The notes beneath the pieces are model-generated. The model was not told where the DNA came from. It worked only from the letters and a program-made list of their open reading frames with translations, and made no database searches. From Phoronis australis (lineage: Eukaryota > Animalia > Phoronida): a stretch of 64,000 bases of DNA. Below are positions 12,597 through 25,936 of the stretch, piece by piece. The stretch lies in assembly GCA_002633005.1 (NCBI GenBank), contig NMRA01000348.1, positions 37,623 through 101,622 of the forward strand. The letters run 5' to 3'. Position 1 is the stretch's first letter. Each line of letters begins with the position of its first letter. A program made the translations under genes and the position numbers.

Positions 12597-12894
12597 CAGG
12601 CAAGTATTTTCGCACAATGTTGAATGGTATTGATAGAGACGCCACCATAGTGTCAGTCACGCCAAGTAAGACGACGCACGTACAGCTGACGGTACGTAAG
12701 TGTTTGTTCTTGGCATAAGCCACAAAGACAATCAGATTAGAGAACAGGCCAGCCACCGCCAGGATGACGTCGAACGCCAGGTGAGTATAAAGTGCGTGCG
12801 ATGATAAGCGCCGCCATGCAACTTCCCTCATCGGTTCACTTGTGTTCAAGAAATCTCCGTGGTCATCGAGTTGGCTGGAAGTGTTGTTAGCCAT
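12597..12894 (-). CDS. First coding exon of a class A (rhodopsin-like) GPCR, N-terminus to TM2
   Basis: N-glycosylation sequons (NNTS, NTS); TM1 ...GLFSNLIVFVAY; ICL1 KNKHLRTV; TM2 LLGVTDTMVA...IPF; phase-1 donor CTG|GTAGGT at 12597/12596. Confidence 0.85.
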
Positions 12895-13688
12895 CGTCCT
12901 CGCAGCTGTGTAAACGTTTGTTGTAACATGACATCATTTGCTGCTATTTGAGCGAAGAAAGCGCGTCGTTACCCTGGCAACAACGGACTTCAATTACACA
13001 CATCCTGCTCCGTGACTTTCTCATCGGCGCGTTTGCTCTTTCAAGCAACGTCATCGTGTTCGTACCCTTTGTTTGAATTGAAATTAGTTACAACACAGCG
13101 CATGGAATTCGGTGCCTAACATAAACCATCCTTCACAGCTAACCACACGAGCCTAGTTTGAAGCAACTTAAGCGGTTGTCGATTCTTCTCAAACGAAGGA
13201 ATCATTTCTTAGTAGGGAAGAAAATGAAAGCCATTTGGTAATGCCTAAAGCAAAATTTATTTTTGACAGACAAGATGGCGTATGTTTCAGTATTGCCCAT
13301 CTAATGCAATCAAATGTTTCATTAAACAAAGTTCGAATTGATTCATCTATTTTATTACTAATTTATATAAACATACTCGTGTTAAACTTACGAAACTATC
13401 TGTTCTGCTTTGCTTGTCATAAATAAATAAATACTGATTGTATAATATGCGAGAATAGTTGAATTTCTATCGCTGCATTTACTTTCCATTGTGGTATCAA
13501 ACCACACTTGTTTACTGAAAAATTTGTTGACTTTAGTTTTTCTTACTTTGTGAACATGGTCAAGAGGGCGAAATCGTGCGTTTTTTGCTGGCCGAGAGTT
13601 AATTAAAAATTATTATATATTCAGCAGTTTCAAAGAAAGTGCCAGTTGGAATTTGGCAGTGAAGCGGATAGGACCCGGTTCCGTAAAG

Positions 13689-13904
13689 CAGAGGCGGATC
13701 TACAGGGGGGGGGGGTTCAGGGTGTTCAACCCCCCCCCCTCGGGACAGGATAAAAATATAAATTTCGCCTGAAAAACGAAATCAGCTACTAAAAACCACA
13801 AAAATCTTACACGGGAGGGAAAAACATTCCTTGCGCTCGGCGCTACGCGCCTCGGATTTGCTCGAATCCTAACCCCTTTTCCTGAAAACGTAGATCTGCC
13901 ACTG
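13689..13904. mobile_element. hAT-like MITE
   Basis: TIRs cagaggcggatctac / gtagatctgccactg; internal G/C runs; no clear TSD. Confidence 0.7.
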
Positions 13905-14961
13905 CTGCACTGATGAAATTATACAACGGACAAAAACATCCAGATAGCACTTTTTGTAGAACTATTGCCTGCACGGGCAGTTTATTCGGACTTGGCGTCC
14001 GAAGGCCCTTCGGACGACAGAGCCGACCTCATTCTCCGGAGTAAAAAGGCACTCAATAACACACGGTGAAACTTGTAAAGAGACGATCTGACGTACATGA
14101 CCATAATGTCCACTACTTTGATCGGTATGGGACGCACACACAACGCCAGAAGTGATGGCTGATGTGAGCAAAAACATGATCGTTTCCACACAAAAAGAAT
14201 AGTGGTAGATTGCCCCTTGAAGATTAAAGCGAATTCTCTAGGGGATCGCTGCTTAACCCACCAGCAGCAGGTTTGGTAAACGACCATCTTGAAAAGTGGG
14301 TTGTGCGCAATGCCGTAGTGGTAATTTTAGCATTAAGTATACTTCTGAAACCCAGCGTATCACGCTGACCTCAGGGGTCCTTAAGGTATAATGAGCACGC
14401 AATGGGTGGGACTTGTCTTTTATTTTGATGCACTAGTAGATTTTCATTAAACGTGACAATTGTCTTCGATCCTCTCAGAGCGGGAACACCATTACTCGAT
14501 TTTATTCAATTTCCCACCTTACCTATTCACCCTCATTTTTCTCGTAACATTGAGGCCTCCACGTTTTCCCGTTCCGCGTTCACAACGCCCATTGTTTCCA
14601 GTATTGATTCTATGTACTTCATTCTATTCCTTCTGCTTGTTCTCCGCTCCAGTGCCATTGCTTGTTACGCGTTTCTCGGCTTACTGAGTCGTCTCCACAG
14701 CATTATATTTATGGCTGCTCTCCTTCATTTTCAAGAATACAAACTTATTTTCTACATCAGTGCAGTCATTGCCAGCATTGTGCGATTACACTTGGCTGTC
14801 CTCAATCTCCAACTGCTGGTTTATGAGCCTTTGCAGTTGGCACGCTCAGCAGTAGGAAAAAAGCAAAAAAAAGGGCTGCGCCGGACTATATTCTAGTTTT
14901 AGGTTGATCGCATTTGCTTTTGGCCAAAACATGAGCACGAACTTTAAAACTAGCGGTATAA

Positions 14962-15093
14962 ATAGATTATTACATGTTCTCAGTCGTTATCCCCCTTATC
15001 TAGAGCCCTCGTGGACTTTGGAGAATTATAGCGATAATTCTCCAAAATCCACTCGGATAACGGGGGATAACGACTTCGCCATGTAATAATCTA
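14962..15093. repeat. Small palindromic (hairpin) element
   Basis: Nested inverted arms atagattattacatg / catgtaataatctat, agtcgttatccccc / gggggataacgact, tttggagaattat / ataattctccaaa. Confidence 0.8.
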
Positions 15094-16533
15094 TAATTAT
15101 CCTATACGCGCGATGGTATGGCAATGTAATACGGGTCGTACTGTGAAGTTTTGTATGAAATAACTACTTTTCCGTATTCAACGCGCGATAAATACGGATG
15201 CCTCTTTTCTCGCCAAAATTCCCACCTGAGCACACAATACACAACACTTCATAAAATATGATTTTATATAAAGCATCACTTTGGGTTCAGCTCCGTGCGC
15301 AATATTTTCGCATGCCAATGCTATGATATCCGTTTTCAAAACTAAACAAAAAAAGTGAAATAAATATATTGACAACTTTTCTTAATATACCTTGAAATTT
15401 TGCGCCTGAGCAGAACACTAAAATCACAAAAAGTTTCGAACTTGCCACAATATATTTGGGATTAGGAAAGCAATATGCATTACCAATGCATGCCTCTTTT
15501 GCACAACACCAGTTAAGGTTCTTTACGGTCAAATATGAGTCAATTTTTAAATTCGTTCTCAAAACAATTAAAATACGTCGAGCCCAAATGCAAAACTGCA
15601 ACTGCAGTAAATATTGTATTTTTTCAATTTTATGATAAATTCCGGAATACTTTCAACCTAAAAATGATAAGAACTGCGCGCAAGGAGCATTTTAAGAAAC
15701 GTCTGAACGTGCATCAGCCACAACGTCTGGGTGTCCTGCACAGATATTACTCAACAAAGTCAAGAAAAATCGTCAAAAACGTAAGCAAACTTCAAGTTAG
15801 AAATAGATTTAACGCAATCTCTGAGGAAAATACTGAAAATAGCAGATATGCACCCCAAGCCTGTAGCTGCTGCAAAATACAACTTGGCTGCCGTGTCATG
15901 CAGGCTGCAAAAATTCGTTCATAAAAAATTGCGTGCACGTATACGTGTCACACGATCTGCGATCACCATTGATTAAAGGAGGAAAACGGCACAAAAACAA
16001 GCGGAGCAATCTGTGGAAACCCGCTTCTTTAAGAATCCTTAGTGGGGCGTATAGGATAAATTTCGCCCGAGTGCAAATACTTTTGCATATCACGAATCGA
16101 GATATAATAACACACTGGTACAAACACGTACGTTGTATAAGCTATATATCTACAGTGTTATTTGTGGCATATTTTGAATGTGGCCAACATGTACGTTGGT
16201 GGCTAATAAGTCACAAGTAATGAATGACAGAAGTCGACACATTTTTATTTTCGACGAAACAAGGAAGAGGGCGTATTGGCAGTGATTCAATTTAATGTGA
16301 CACTAGTTTCGGCTGAACTCAATTCACGGACTTGTTAAATCACCTATCCCGCACAAATGCGCCCGTCTAACACGACTCTACTGGGAATCCAATGTTCGAA
16401 GTTTTCCGACGCAACTTGTATCTGAACAGGGACTCTCTCTTTTTCATGCGGTGCCGTGCGCACGCGTGGGTTATCTGGGATGCCGAACCGGATGAATCTC
16501 CAAAAAACACTTGAACTCGAGATTTCCGTCCTC

Positions 16534-19515
16534 CACTCCGGCCAACCCGCGATCGAGAACGCCCGGAAGGCGATCGAGAACGAGACCTTGCACCAAAAAT
16601 GGCAGACGGCAGTGACGTACCCGGTGAGTTTAAGTGTCATTTCTGCTTAAATAGAGACCATTTTGGTACGAATGCTACACACAGAAAAGCGTCAGAGTGT
16701 AACATTTGTTGTGGATCTGAAATAATACTTGACTTTTTCTTATTTTTAAAATAAAGAGCTCAGAAATCAATGGCTTTCGGTAAAATGCCTTGCACCTCGT
16801 GAAATCGACACTTTCTACTTGTTTTTAGCAATTCCAGGGTTCTTAAGAAGAGACGTGTGACGTTTATAGTTTAATCGTCCCTGGTGACACCTTTGTTAGT
16901 TATGATTTGTGAAACAATTTGAGATATTTACCTGTACAAGCAGGTCCTTGTGCGAGACGGCGATCGGGAACGATGTCATTAATTCTCTATGGCGATCGTG
17001 AACGCAAAAAAGAGATCGTGAACGCACATTTTTTTCTCTGCATTGGCCTGAATAGTCGTTAAAGTTACGGTATTATGTCAATAATTTGAGAATAATACGG
17101 AGTCTGAATTAGTTGATGGGTTGATTATTAATTACATTTCCGAGATCGTTTTTTCATTATATATAAGTGAGATTTAGCCTAACAAACATAACTGAATGCG
17201 TTGGATTTTTTCATTTGAACTGTAGCCACATGACGAGTCCTTCAAGGTGTTAAAGTCCACGCCTTCAAAAAAGAGTAGTACAACTGATTCATGTCACAAC
17301 GTTCGAAGTGTGTGTTGTGGAGCCTCGTTCAGGAACTAAGAAATCGACTTAGTATGACTACATAGCAGTAAAATACAGTGACACTACACAAAGCAAGACC
17401 TGCGTCAAGAGTTTTTTACCAATATAGTAAAACACAGCATTAAGCATCGTGCTCAGGAACAAAGTCGATTCAGTGTTGTGTCTGTGATCAATGTTTCACG
17501 GAAAGAGTGAGCGTGATGCGACACCGCGTCACAGCACGAAGACACACCTTTCTGTGGTGAATGTGGCATGTCATGCAAACAGTATGCCTCCTTCTACAGG
17601 CATAGCAAGCAGAAACGTCATGAATGAAATCATTAAGTCCAGTGGTAAAGGTTGTTAAGTCACTAGTTTATTCAGATTTACAGAGTCTCTGGTTGGTAGT
17701 TGTCTGATGTGCAGGTATTTCGACTTTTTTGTTTTGAACCTTTTTTCCTCAAGTTTCTTTCTATATTTGTGTTATTTCAAAAGGATCTTAAACAGAACCA
17801 GTACATTTTTGTAGTGCTTAGGTAGATTTAAATGGTAATACTAAGTGTCATTGGGCAATACTTACATACAATTGTTCTAACCAATAAGTATTTTAAAAGA
17901 AAATATATGTCTATGATTATTGTTGAAATTGCTTTCATATTGTTGTTGATTTCCTGTGAGAGACCATTATACTATCAATCAGTCCTAAATATATTGTCTA
18001 TGATTCAGTGATTATTTAGTCCAATACATTCCAAAAGTAATTCGTTGGAAATGTTCAATGGATTTGTTATGTTGATATCCCTAAAGCAATAAATTTATAT
18101 ATTTCTGTACGACCAATTTTGAGGTATGTGTGATAAAAGATTAATATTACAATAGAAATGCTGTAATATTGTCGATTTCCTAAATCACTACAGTGTGTAG
18201 TTGAAGTGACGTTAATGACAACATGTTGTCTAGGTTTTGAGAAAATCACAAAAAGTATGTGTATTATAACTGTCTCAATCTTTTTTCAGTGGCACATTAA
18301 ACTGGAGATCATGAACTGATGATGCAGGTGAACTTAGGACCAAGACTACAAAACAGAAGAAAAGTCAAACACAACGTACATTCAAGCCACACGGGGGCCA
18401 CAAGTCAATCTGTTCATCTCTGTTTCGATGTTATCAGTAAAACATCAAGTAAAATCCCACCCGTTTTATCAGCACACCAGTTTACACAACTTTTAGATCC
18501 CAGACGTTTATGAGTGGGAATCTTTGAATCACCTCATGAAGTGTTGCCCCATGGGCAAGCTCATCATCATTCTTTGACTTCACTGGCTATTTGTTTTTTT
18601 CCTTTTGCTGTCACAATTTTACAAGAATATTCCACACTCGCTTTCATCTCGGTGCTGCAACAATTTGTTTACCCTTGGCTGACACGCCACATGGAACAAC
18701 TCCTGGGTGAGTCGTCAGTTTAGAAACCCTTGTTCTCAGTGGTTTCGTCTAAAAGTAGATGCCTGTCTGGTAGGATGTACCTTCACGTCGTGGGTAACAT
18801 GTTCGTTGAAGCAACAACAGTAAACTTGTTTCCTGAATTGAAAATAAATTCGTTTGTGAAACTAAAATTATGCTTCATGTGTACATGTAGTGTTCATGAC
18901 AATTTAACGGAAACATGCTATGCTGTTGTTCAGTTTAATACGAAAGTAACACAGTAATGACACAAAATGTGACTAATTCATTGCACCACACTTATTTTGT
19001 AACCTTTTCACGTTTTATAAGTAAAAAGTTCATTACTGTTCGACACACCACGATGCAATCCCGATCGTAAAAACAAGTACAAATAAACACAAATTTGCGT
19101 TCCCGATCGCTTATCGTTGCGTTCTCGATCGCATCTTTCAGCAGGAAAGCGTCGAAAAATCAGAGATCTTGACAAATTTATAAAAAAACAAGCGATGCGT
19201 TATTATAATTTCACACGTTATTTCTTCAAAACTCCATGGTCAATTTATTGCCAAAATGACATATAATTCACCTTCGGCTTACGCGATGCCTTGGTCAACG
19301 TAACTTTTCTCCTATAATTGAAAGAGACACTAGCCTAAACCTCTACCTGCACTTCCTCAATTTGTTACGTCTTGCACTCGTGTGTCTGTTTTCACTTTGG
19401 AAGTAAAAACAACGAAAATTCATCAAACTTATTCACCTTGCCTGGCTTCGCTTCTCACGCCAAATTCGTTCTCGATCGCCTTCCGGTCATTCTCGATCGT
19501 GGGTTGGTCGGGGCG
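16534..19515. mobile_element. ~3-kb non-autonomous DNA transposon
   Basis: ~48-bp imperfect TIRs (ccaacccgcgatcgagaacgcccggaaggcgatcgagaacga and its reverse complement near 19467-19515); subterminal GCGATCGNGAACG motifs at about 16960-17025 and 19097-19133. Confidence 0.75.
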
Positions 19516-22500
19516 GTCTTCTAAATATTCTTCTTATTGTTTTCTAGACTAGTTTCCCAACACCAACAAGGGCGAGGGTGGCAGGCCCGGAATCCAGAAC
19601 ATAGAGCCGATAGCTAAGCAGCGCGATAACCGTCCCGTTTCATGGGGAGCGTGAGAAGAAAACACTTGCTGAGAGCAGTTACGCAGTTTTGTCCGATTAT
19701 CTTTTTTCGGGAATACGGGAATGTTTCTCGTTACCGGTACGGCTCCATTTTCTAAACTTTGTTTTTCGGCACTAGAATTATTTTAATGTTGCCTGACCGA
19801 CGAGCGTGACCGGATTTAACGCTTTTGAAGGAGAACGGAATGTCTCAGGGTCCCCTCACAACTGCAAAACGTTACTGTTGCCTGCGACGTTATTGAATTC
19901 ACACACATGTTTTATTATCGTGGATGTTGGTTGTATATAGGTCACTGACACTTATGACTTTAATTAGCCTTTCTGCAGGAGTACACCCTCTGTCACCAAA
20001 TAGCAATTCGCTGTCATTTTCGCTAAAAGTGAGCCCAATTTTGCTTGAAGAATTTACAGTGCTAACCTGGGGCGGAAATGATTCCTGGAATACAGTGTTT
20101 GTCACTGATGACTCTAGCAACACTGTTTGAGGTCCAAGTACATCGAATAATTTGTTAACATAGTGGTGTTTGTGATCTATACAGTTTGATACATCCAACA
20201 CTTCAAGAGGGGTTCCCTTGGCTCCAGTCATAGATTAGATGACCCTGCTTTTACTTCAACGTAGCCATTTTTGATGAAATTTGTCATGAACGGCCTTAGT
20301 TGTCCTTCTTACTAGACACGTTTTCCGGTCATCGGAACCAAAATTGCAAGATATGAAGATTGTGAGGCAGATCGAAATATTTGAACAAGCTGAAACATTT
20401 ATAGCGTATAAAAAGTTTGTTTATGACAGATTTTCTGGTAAATGGGAACATTTTATTGTTCACGTTAACTCCATGCAGCAGTGGTTTAATTCATACGAGA
20501 TTGGTCTTTCCTGAGGTGTACATGTGTGTATTTATGGATGTTTTTTGTACTTGTTTATTAATGATAAGCAAATCTATGTGTATATACGTAAAATGCTTAA
20601 TCAAAAATGCTGTCTTGTGCCAAACGCAAATTGTTGTTTTCACTTCGATATTGATTACCCAGATATCATGCCTCTTGGTGCTTTCTGGGCAATGTATATC
20701 CATGGTATTGAAGATTACGTAATAAACTTGTTGGGGACGTTTTCTTCCTATGTTCATTGTTCATCATAATTGTTTTTGACATTTCTCGTACTCTTTCATT
20801 ATGAGCTCATAACAAGTGCATCTTATTACATGTATGTGTTCGAGAGTATAATGGCTTACATGAGTGATTCCCACGTCCAAATTTGCACTTAATGACGGCT
20901 GGATTCAATCGCTACAAACACATTGGATATCCGAGTATCAAGCAAAATGTTTAGTTTAGACTCGAACTTAAAAGCTTAATGCTGGGGCCATAAAGGGTAA
21001 ACTAGTAGTTTAGAAGCATTTCTGAGAATGTGTATGCTAAAGGCATTTTTAGTAAAAGTGGGGAGCCTATCTTTTTAGTGTTGTTATGGTATGCTGATTT
21101 CGGTTATGACTGTTCCCAAACTGGAATTCGAGTGTTTGATCATCTAATTTGAATAAACAAAAAGACCACCAAATCAACAAGATAAGAAACATACTGGGGA
21201 CCAGGAGTACAATATATCAAAAATAATTAGGAAATGGTTTGGTATTAAATAATTTAAGTTTGAGAATATGTTATCGAAAGTCATAAAATTCTCTATTCAT
21301 GCTAATTAGCTTCCGCCATTCCCAAAAATTCAAATTTCGGTGTAGATTTAACAATTTGCAGGCAGACATGACAAATAAAGAATGAATATCTATCATGGGC
21401 GGCGCAGCTCTCAAACAATGGGGGACCAGAAAAATCCTTATGACACACGTAAAGATTTTTATTTCATCTCCACAAACTTACAAATGTTTATTAATAAAAT
21501 CTGAATATGCAAATCAGAAACCAGAATTATCAATACTTTTTGCGAACATCTCATGATTTAGATAAAACATAAAAGTGTTGTAAACATAACAACGTGACAT
21601 ATGTATAAGTATGGGGCAGACACCCACGTTAACCATAATATACATGTACTCCAGCCTATGAGACGAACCAAACCCTAGACACGAAGGCCTAGTATATTTT
21701 GTTCATCAAGAAAAATTCTTCACATACTACCTGCAAAATAGTAATTTTACAGAATATTCATTGCGACTAACCCGTGCAGCTATGGATCTAGTAACTGTAG
21801 ATGTGTGTGTACTATGTTTGAAAAATCCTATAACAGGGAATTATTTGAGGATCCAGATTTTGTAAATTTCTGAGGGAGTGTACCTGTCGAGACTTGACAC
21901 TGACTTCATTACAATTTACGGCGACTGGAAACTACGGATGTAGTCCAAGATTATAGTAAAACCGGCCACGGGTACGTAAACGCCAATAATCCTCATGCGA
22001 AGTGACAAGTTTCAAACTTTGTATCTCAGTTTAATTGTCCGTGCTCGCCGTGGAAAGAGAATAACCCAAACAGAATGTTTACTTGGAAAAACTTATGCTA
22101 AAAACACCATTTTATCCGAAGAATTGATAAACATTATGGAATGCCTTAAGATTGGACCTTGATTCAGGTCCGATAATTATTATATTTTACATTCTATTAA
22201 AAATATCCGAGAAATTTTATCCGTGATCGGTGACTTTGAAAATTCAACACCTTCATATTAAGAGATGGGTATATGTTGCAGTAATAAAAAAGTTATACTT
22301 GATACAAGAAATGAAATAAACGACCTGTACCTCCAAATTGACTACTCTTTTATTTTTAAGAGCTCCTTTTTAAATTGCGGTCTGAAGCTATTCAGTTTGC
22401 GAAAGACAATTTAAAAAGCAGAGAGATTCTAGCCTAAAAATTTGAAAAAGTCAGATAATGTTTGAAATAAATAAAATTACAAAATCCTCCAATTTTGATG

Positions 22501-22696
22501 AGATTTTAGAATGTACGTTTGTCTGTTGAATTTCGATGAGCATATGATAGTTGCCATGATAAGAACCCGTGCTAGTATGATTTACCAAGGAGAAAAACCA
22601 ACAAAAAACTCGGTAATTTAAAAAAAGAAACTTTGTCAAGAAAAAAATTACTAGATTAATGCGTAACGGAAATGAGCTTACAGATCAGAAGGAACG

Positions 22697-22777
22697 TGAA
22701 CATGTACACATGCATTGTTCACATGAACATGTACACATGCATTGTTCACATGCATTGTTCACATGCATTGTTCACAT
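22697..22777. repeat. Short tandem repeat (catgcattgttca)n
   Basis: 13-bp and 27-bp periodic units visible directly. Confidence 0.85.
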
Positions 22778-22865
22778 TTTTAGCACTTTTAACAAAGATC
22801 TGCAGTCGAGGAAAGATAGTACTTAATAGTTTCATAAGGTTGGTAGAGTACATGAGTAGTACTTT

Positions 22866-23506
22866 GACAACAGCTCATTTAAAATGACTTATTCTTGTTG
22901 AAATGACATAGATAAGTAATGGAATTTCGGGCCTTAAAGCGGGCCCACCCAAATTAATATAGATGAGCCTCGCCGGATGGGGGTCCGATACCAGGGCAGC
23001 CTGTATTAATATAGGTTGCCTCGCAGGATGGTGGCCGACAGCGGGACCCTCTATATTGATATAAAAAGCCCCGCCCGAAGGCGGCCAAAGAACGAGACTC
23101 TATATATTGATATAGAGGGACCCGCTTGAAGGTAGACGAAGAGCGAGGTCACCTATATTAATATAGGTAGCCCCGCTCGAAGGCAAGCCCTGCTTTAAGG
23201 CCGCTGAAGAGCGAAGCGCTATATTAATATACATGGCCCCACTCTTCATCCGCCTCAGGTGGAGCCACCTGTATTAATATAGAAGGGCCCCGCTCTTCGA
23301 CCGCTTTCCGGCGGGTTACTCTATAATAATATAGGCGCCCCACTCTTCGGCCGCCTTCCGCAGGAGCCCTCTTATATTCCCCCATTGGCCACTTTCCGGC
23401 GCGACCCACCTACATTAATACGGGTGGCTTCGGTCTACAGCCACCTTAGGGCTTAGCCCGCTATATTAGTATAATAAGAATAAGTCATTTTAAATAATAA
23501 GCTGTC
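22866..23506. mobile_element. Foldback-like element with an internal ~51-bp palindromic tandem array
   Basis: TIR core atttaaaatgacttattctt / aagaataagtcattttaaat; about 11 TATTAATATA cores; unit orientation flips near 23225. Confidence 0.8.
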
Positions 23507-23540
23507 TAGTCCTTATTTTATCACAACCAGTCAGGATATA

Positions 23541-23710
23541 TTTACCTTTGACAGATTCGGCTGCTATCAGCAGCCGTCGTCCTGTGTTATTCATGAACAG
23601 GGGCGACAGAGGTTATAAGCTGAACAAAATTTGGAACAGCCTGATTACCACGACACCTACCGTCCAATAACTTCTGAAGCTGGCTGCTGACAGGAGCAAA
23701 TATGTTCTTA
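23541..23710 (+). mobile_element. Penelope-like 3' end fragment with an inverted terminal piece
   Basis: Translates MNRGDRGYKLNKIWNSLITT (PLE C-terminal tail); ggctgctga(t/c)ag hairpin present in both orientations. Confidence 0.6.
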
Positions 23711-23849
23711 CTGGTTGTGAAAAGAGGAATTCAAACATGACGTTTTGGAAATTGGGGACTAGTGAATTGTTATTAATGGAAATGGAATACAATAGTAATA
23801 TACTCGGCGGGCCAATATCTGTTACGAAAGCCTTAGCTGTCATAATGAA

Positions 23850-24750
23850 TAAGAAAAATTAAAATCACCTGGTCCTGAACACTTTTCAATTGAGTTTTAA
23901 ACGTTTTTCTTGCAAGACATTTTTTTCGTTTCTGATTCGTTCATTTAACAATAGCTTTGTTAAAGAAGCTTTACTTTTTAATCAAAACCATGGTGGGGTG
24001 TGGTTTCACACTTACATGTACCAAACGGTAATAGATGCCGAGAATGTTTCACCAACTCCTTAACTAATCAACAGCAGTTATAAGATTTGATCTGGGTGCC
24101 TTGCGCAGCGCCTTAAACAGACAATTACCAAAAGGGTTTCTCAAGGCAGATATATTGAGGAAAATATATTTACGATCTAATGCAACATACATTTACATGT
24201 ACATGTACCTAAGACTAATAATGATGATAGATTTTGAAAAGGCGTTTGACTTTGTATCCTGGAAATTTATACACAATATGTTTATTTTTTCAATTATAGA
24301 AATAAATTTATCAGACATATTTTTCTCATTATGCGGGATCTCATCTCTCCGTGATCCAGCACAATCGTACCCCTGATTACTTGGGAATTGGTCTAGGGAG
24401 ACCCAATTTTGCCATATTCGTTGATCGTGTGTGCTGAAGGTATGGGTATATCGTTTCGGCAAAACCATGGAGTGGGGTAAATATAGGCACCAGATCTCAT
24501 AGAATTATGCAATATGCAGAGAATCCGTAATTACATTCGATGATTCTAGTGAATCTTTGAAAAGTACCCTTAATCTACTTAATCAGTTCTATAAATTTTC
24601 GGGCTTTGAACCGACCTAGAGAAAACAGAATGCGTGTGGATCAGAGCTATGAAGTTAACAATGACTGGCGCTTGTTTGTCCCGAGTAGAATTTTATATGG
24701 AGAAGAATATCCTTTAAAACACTGGGAGTTGCATTTTGTTAAAAATGCCA
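23850..24750 (+). pseudogene. Highly decayed Tx1/L1-like RT remnant
   Basis: KSPGP and LMMIDFEKAFDFVSWKFI motifs with many frameshifts. Confidence 0.7.
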
Positions 24751-25936
24751 CGTCTCATTAGATTGCGACTATGCAAATGAAGTACCAGTTTACAAACAAC
24801 CTCGGGTCTTCCGGTATGCCGGAAACTATCCGAGAACCAGTTACCATTACAAACTCGCGAAAGTCTCGTTTTCTGCGACTATGTTTACGTAAATGAGTAT
24901 GGTAATATGACATCGTTATCCTAATGGAACAAGTCACAGTTTTTATTATTTGTTCATTTCACTATTAAACAAAGATTGCGTAATATTTGGAATTACTAGG
25001 GTTTTCTATATAATCGCACTAGTTTTGCGTGTATCAGTTGGCGCTTTTTCAAAACTGCAGCTTATTTACAACTTTATTTCTTGATTATACTTATACACAC
25101 AGTTCTCCAGGAAGACACAAGGTGGCGCTTGCTACAAATTTAAATATTCACGGTTTTAACGAGTCACAGAATCTTTAAGATCTCACTCTGATGGTCTCAC
25201 TAAATTATTAGAAAGATTTAAGGAAATTCAAAATAGCACGATTCTTTGCACAACACAAAGTTTCAAATCCTCCATTCAAAATAACTGTCATGAAATCGTT
25301 TATGCTTACTTATAAATTTATTAGACTACTCAGTCCCTATGACAAATTCAGATTTACCTTAAAAATCGGCAGAAGTTCTCGAAGGCCTTCATGTCGTCTC
25401 TGCTGTCTTCTGTAGTCTAAATGGCGCTGTTTGAAGTTCTACGTCATAAATGTGGTAAAGCTTGTAACGCCCTTCATCTCAGTTCATTGTACGCTCATTC
25501 TTTCTGATATAGATCGATTCCATTATCCTACTACGATCACTGTTATTTTCATGTGGTAGAATTTTGGAGCTTTTCCAGTTAATAACATGATTATTTTGTT
25601 TAACGTGACCTGTAGAGAGGCTTTTCTTTCGGATCTTCTAAATACTCGGTTTGTGGTCTCCCTATGTTCTCTAGGCCGATAAACAAATTCCTGGATCTCT
25701 CTCCAACGTAGGAAAAATCACACGACGACTGGTACAGTTAAAACAAGGGATGTTGTAAAAAAATACTAAAAGTAATGAATTAGAGTCTTAGCTCAAAATC
25801 TAGAGTTTGTAGCTCGAATCTTGGGGTCAATGTGCGAACATCGACACACATCCGTCTGCGTAAACCATTACATGTACAGAATAATGATCTTGAGTTTGTT
25901 GCAAGTTTCTCCAAAAATAAACAATACAAAATTACA

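Noticed and set aside
13962-14896. ORFs of 75-147 aa
   Set aside because: No recognisable domain or splice context; probably chance ORFs or decayed TE antisense.
19899-20231. 110-aa ATG ORF
   Set aside because: No recognisable motif; cannot be supported without a homology search.
22930-23470. CRISPR array
   Set aside because: The 'spacers' are diverged copies of one sequence that invert at the centre; eukaryotic context and no cas genes.
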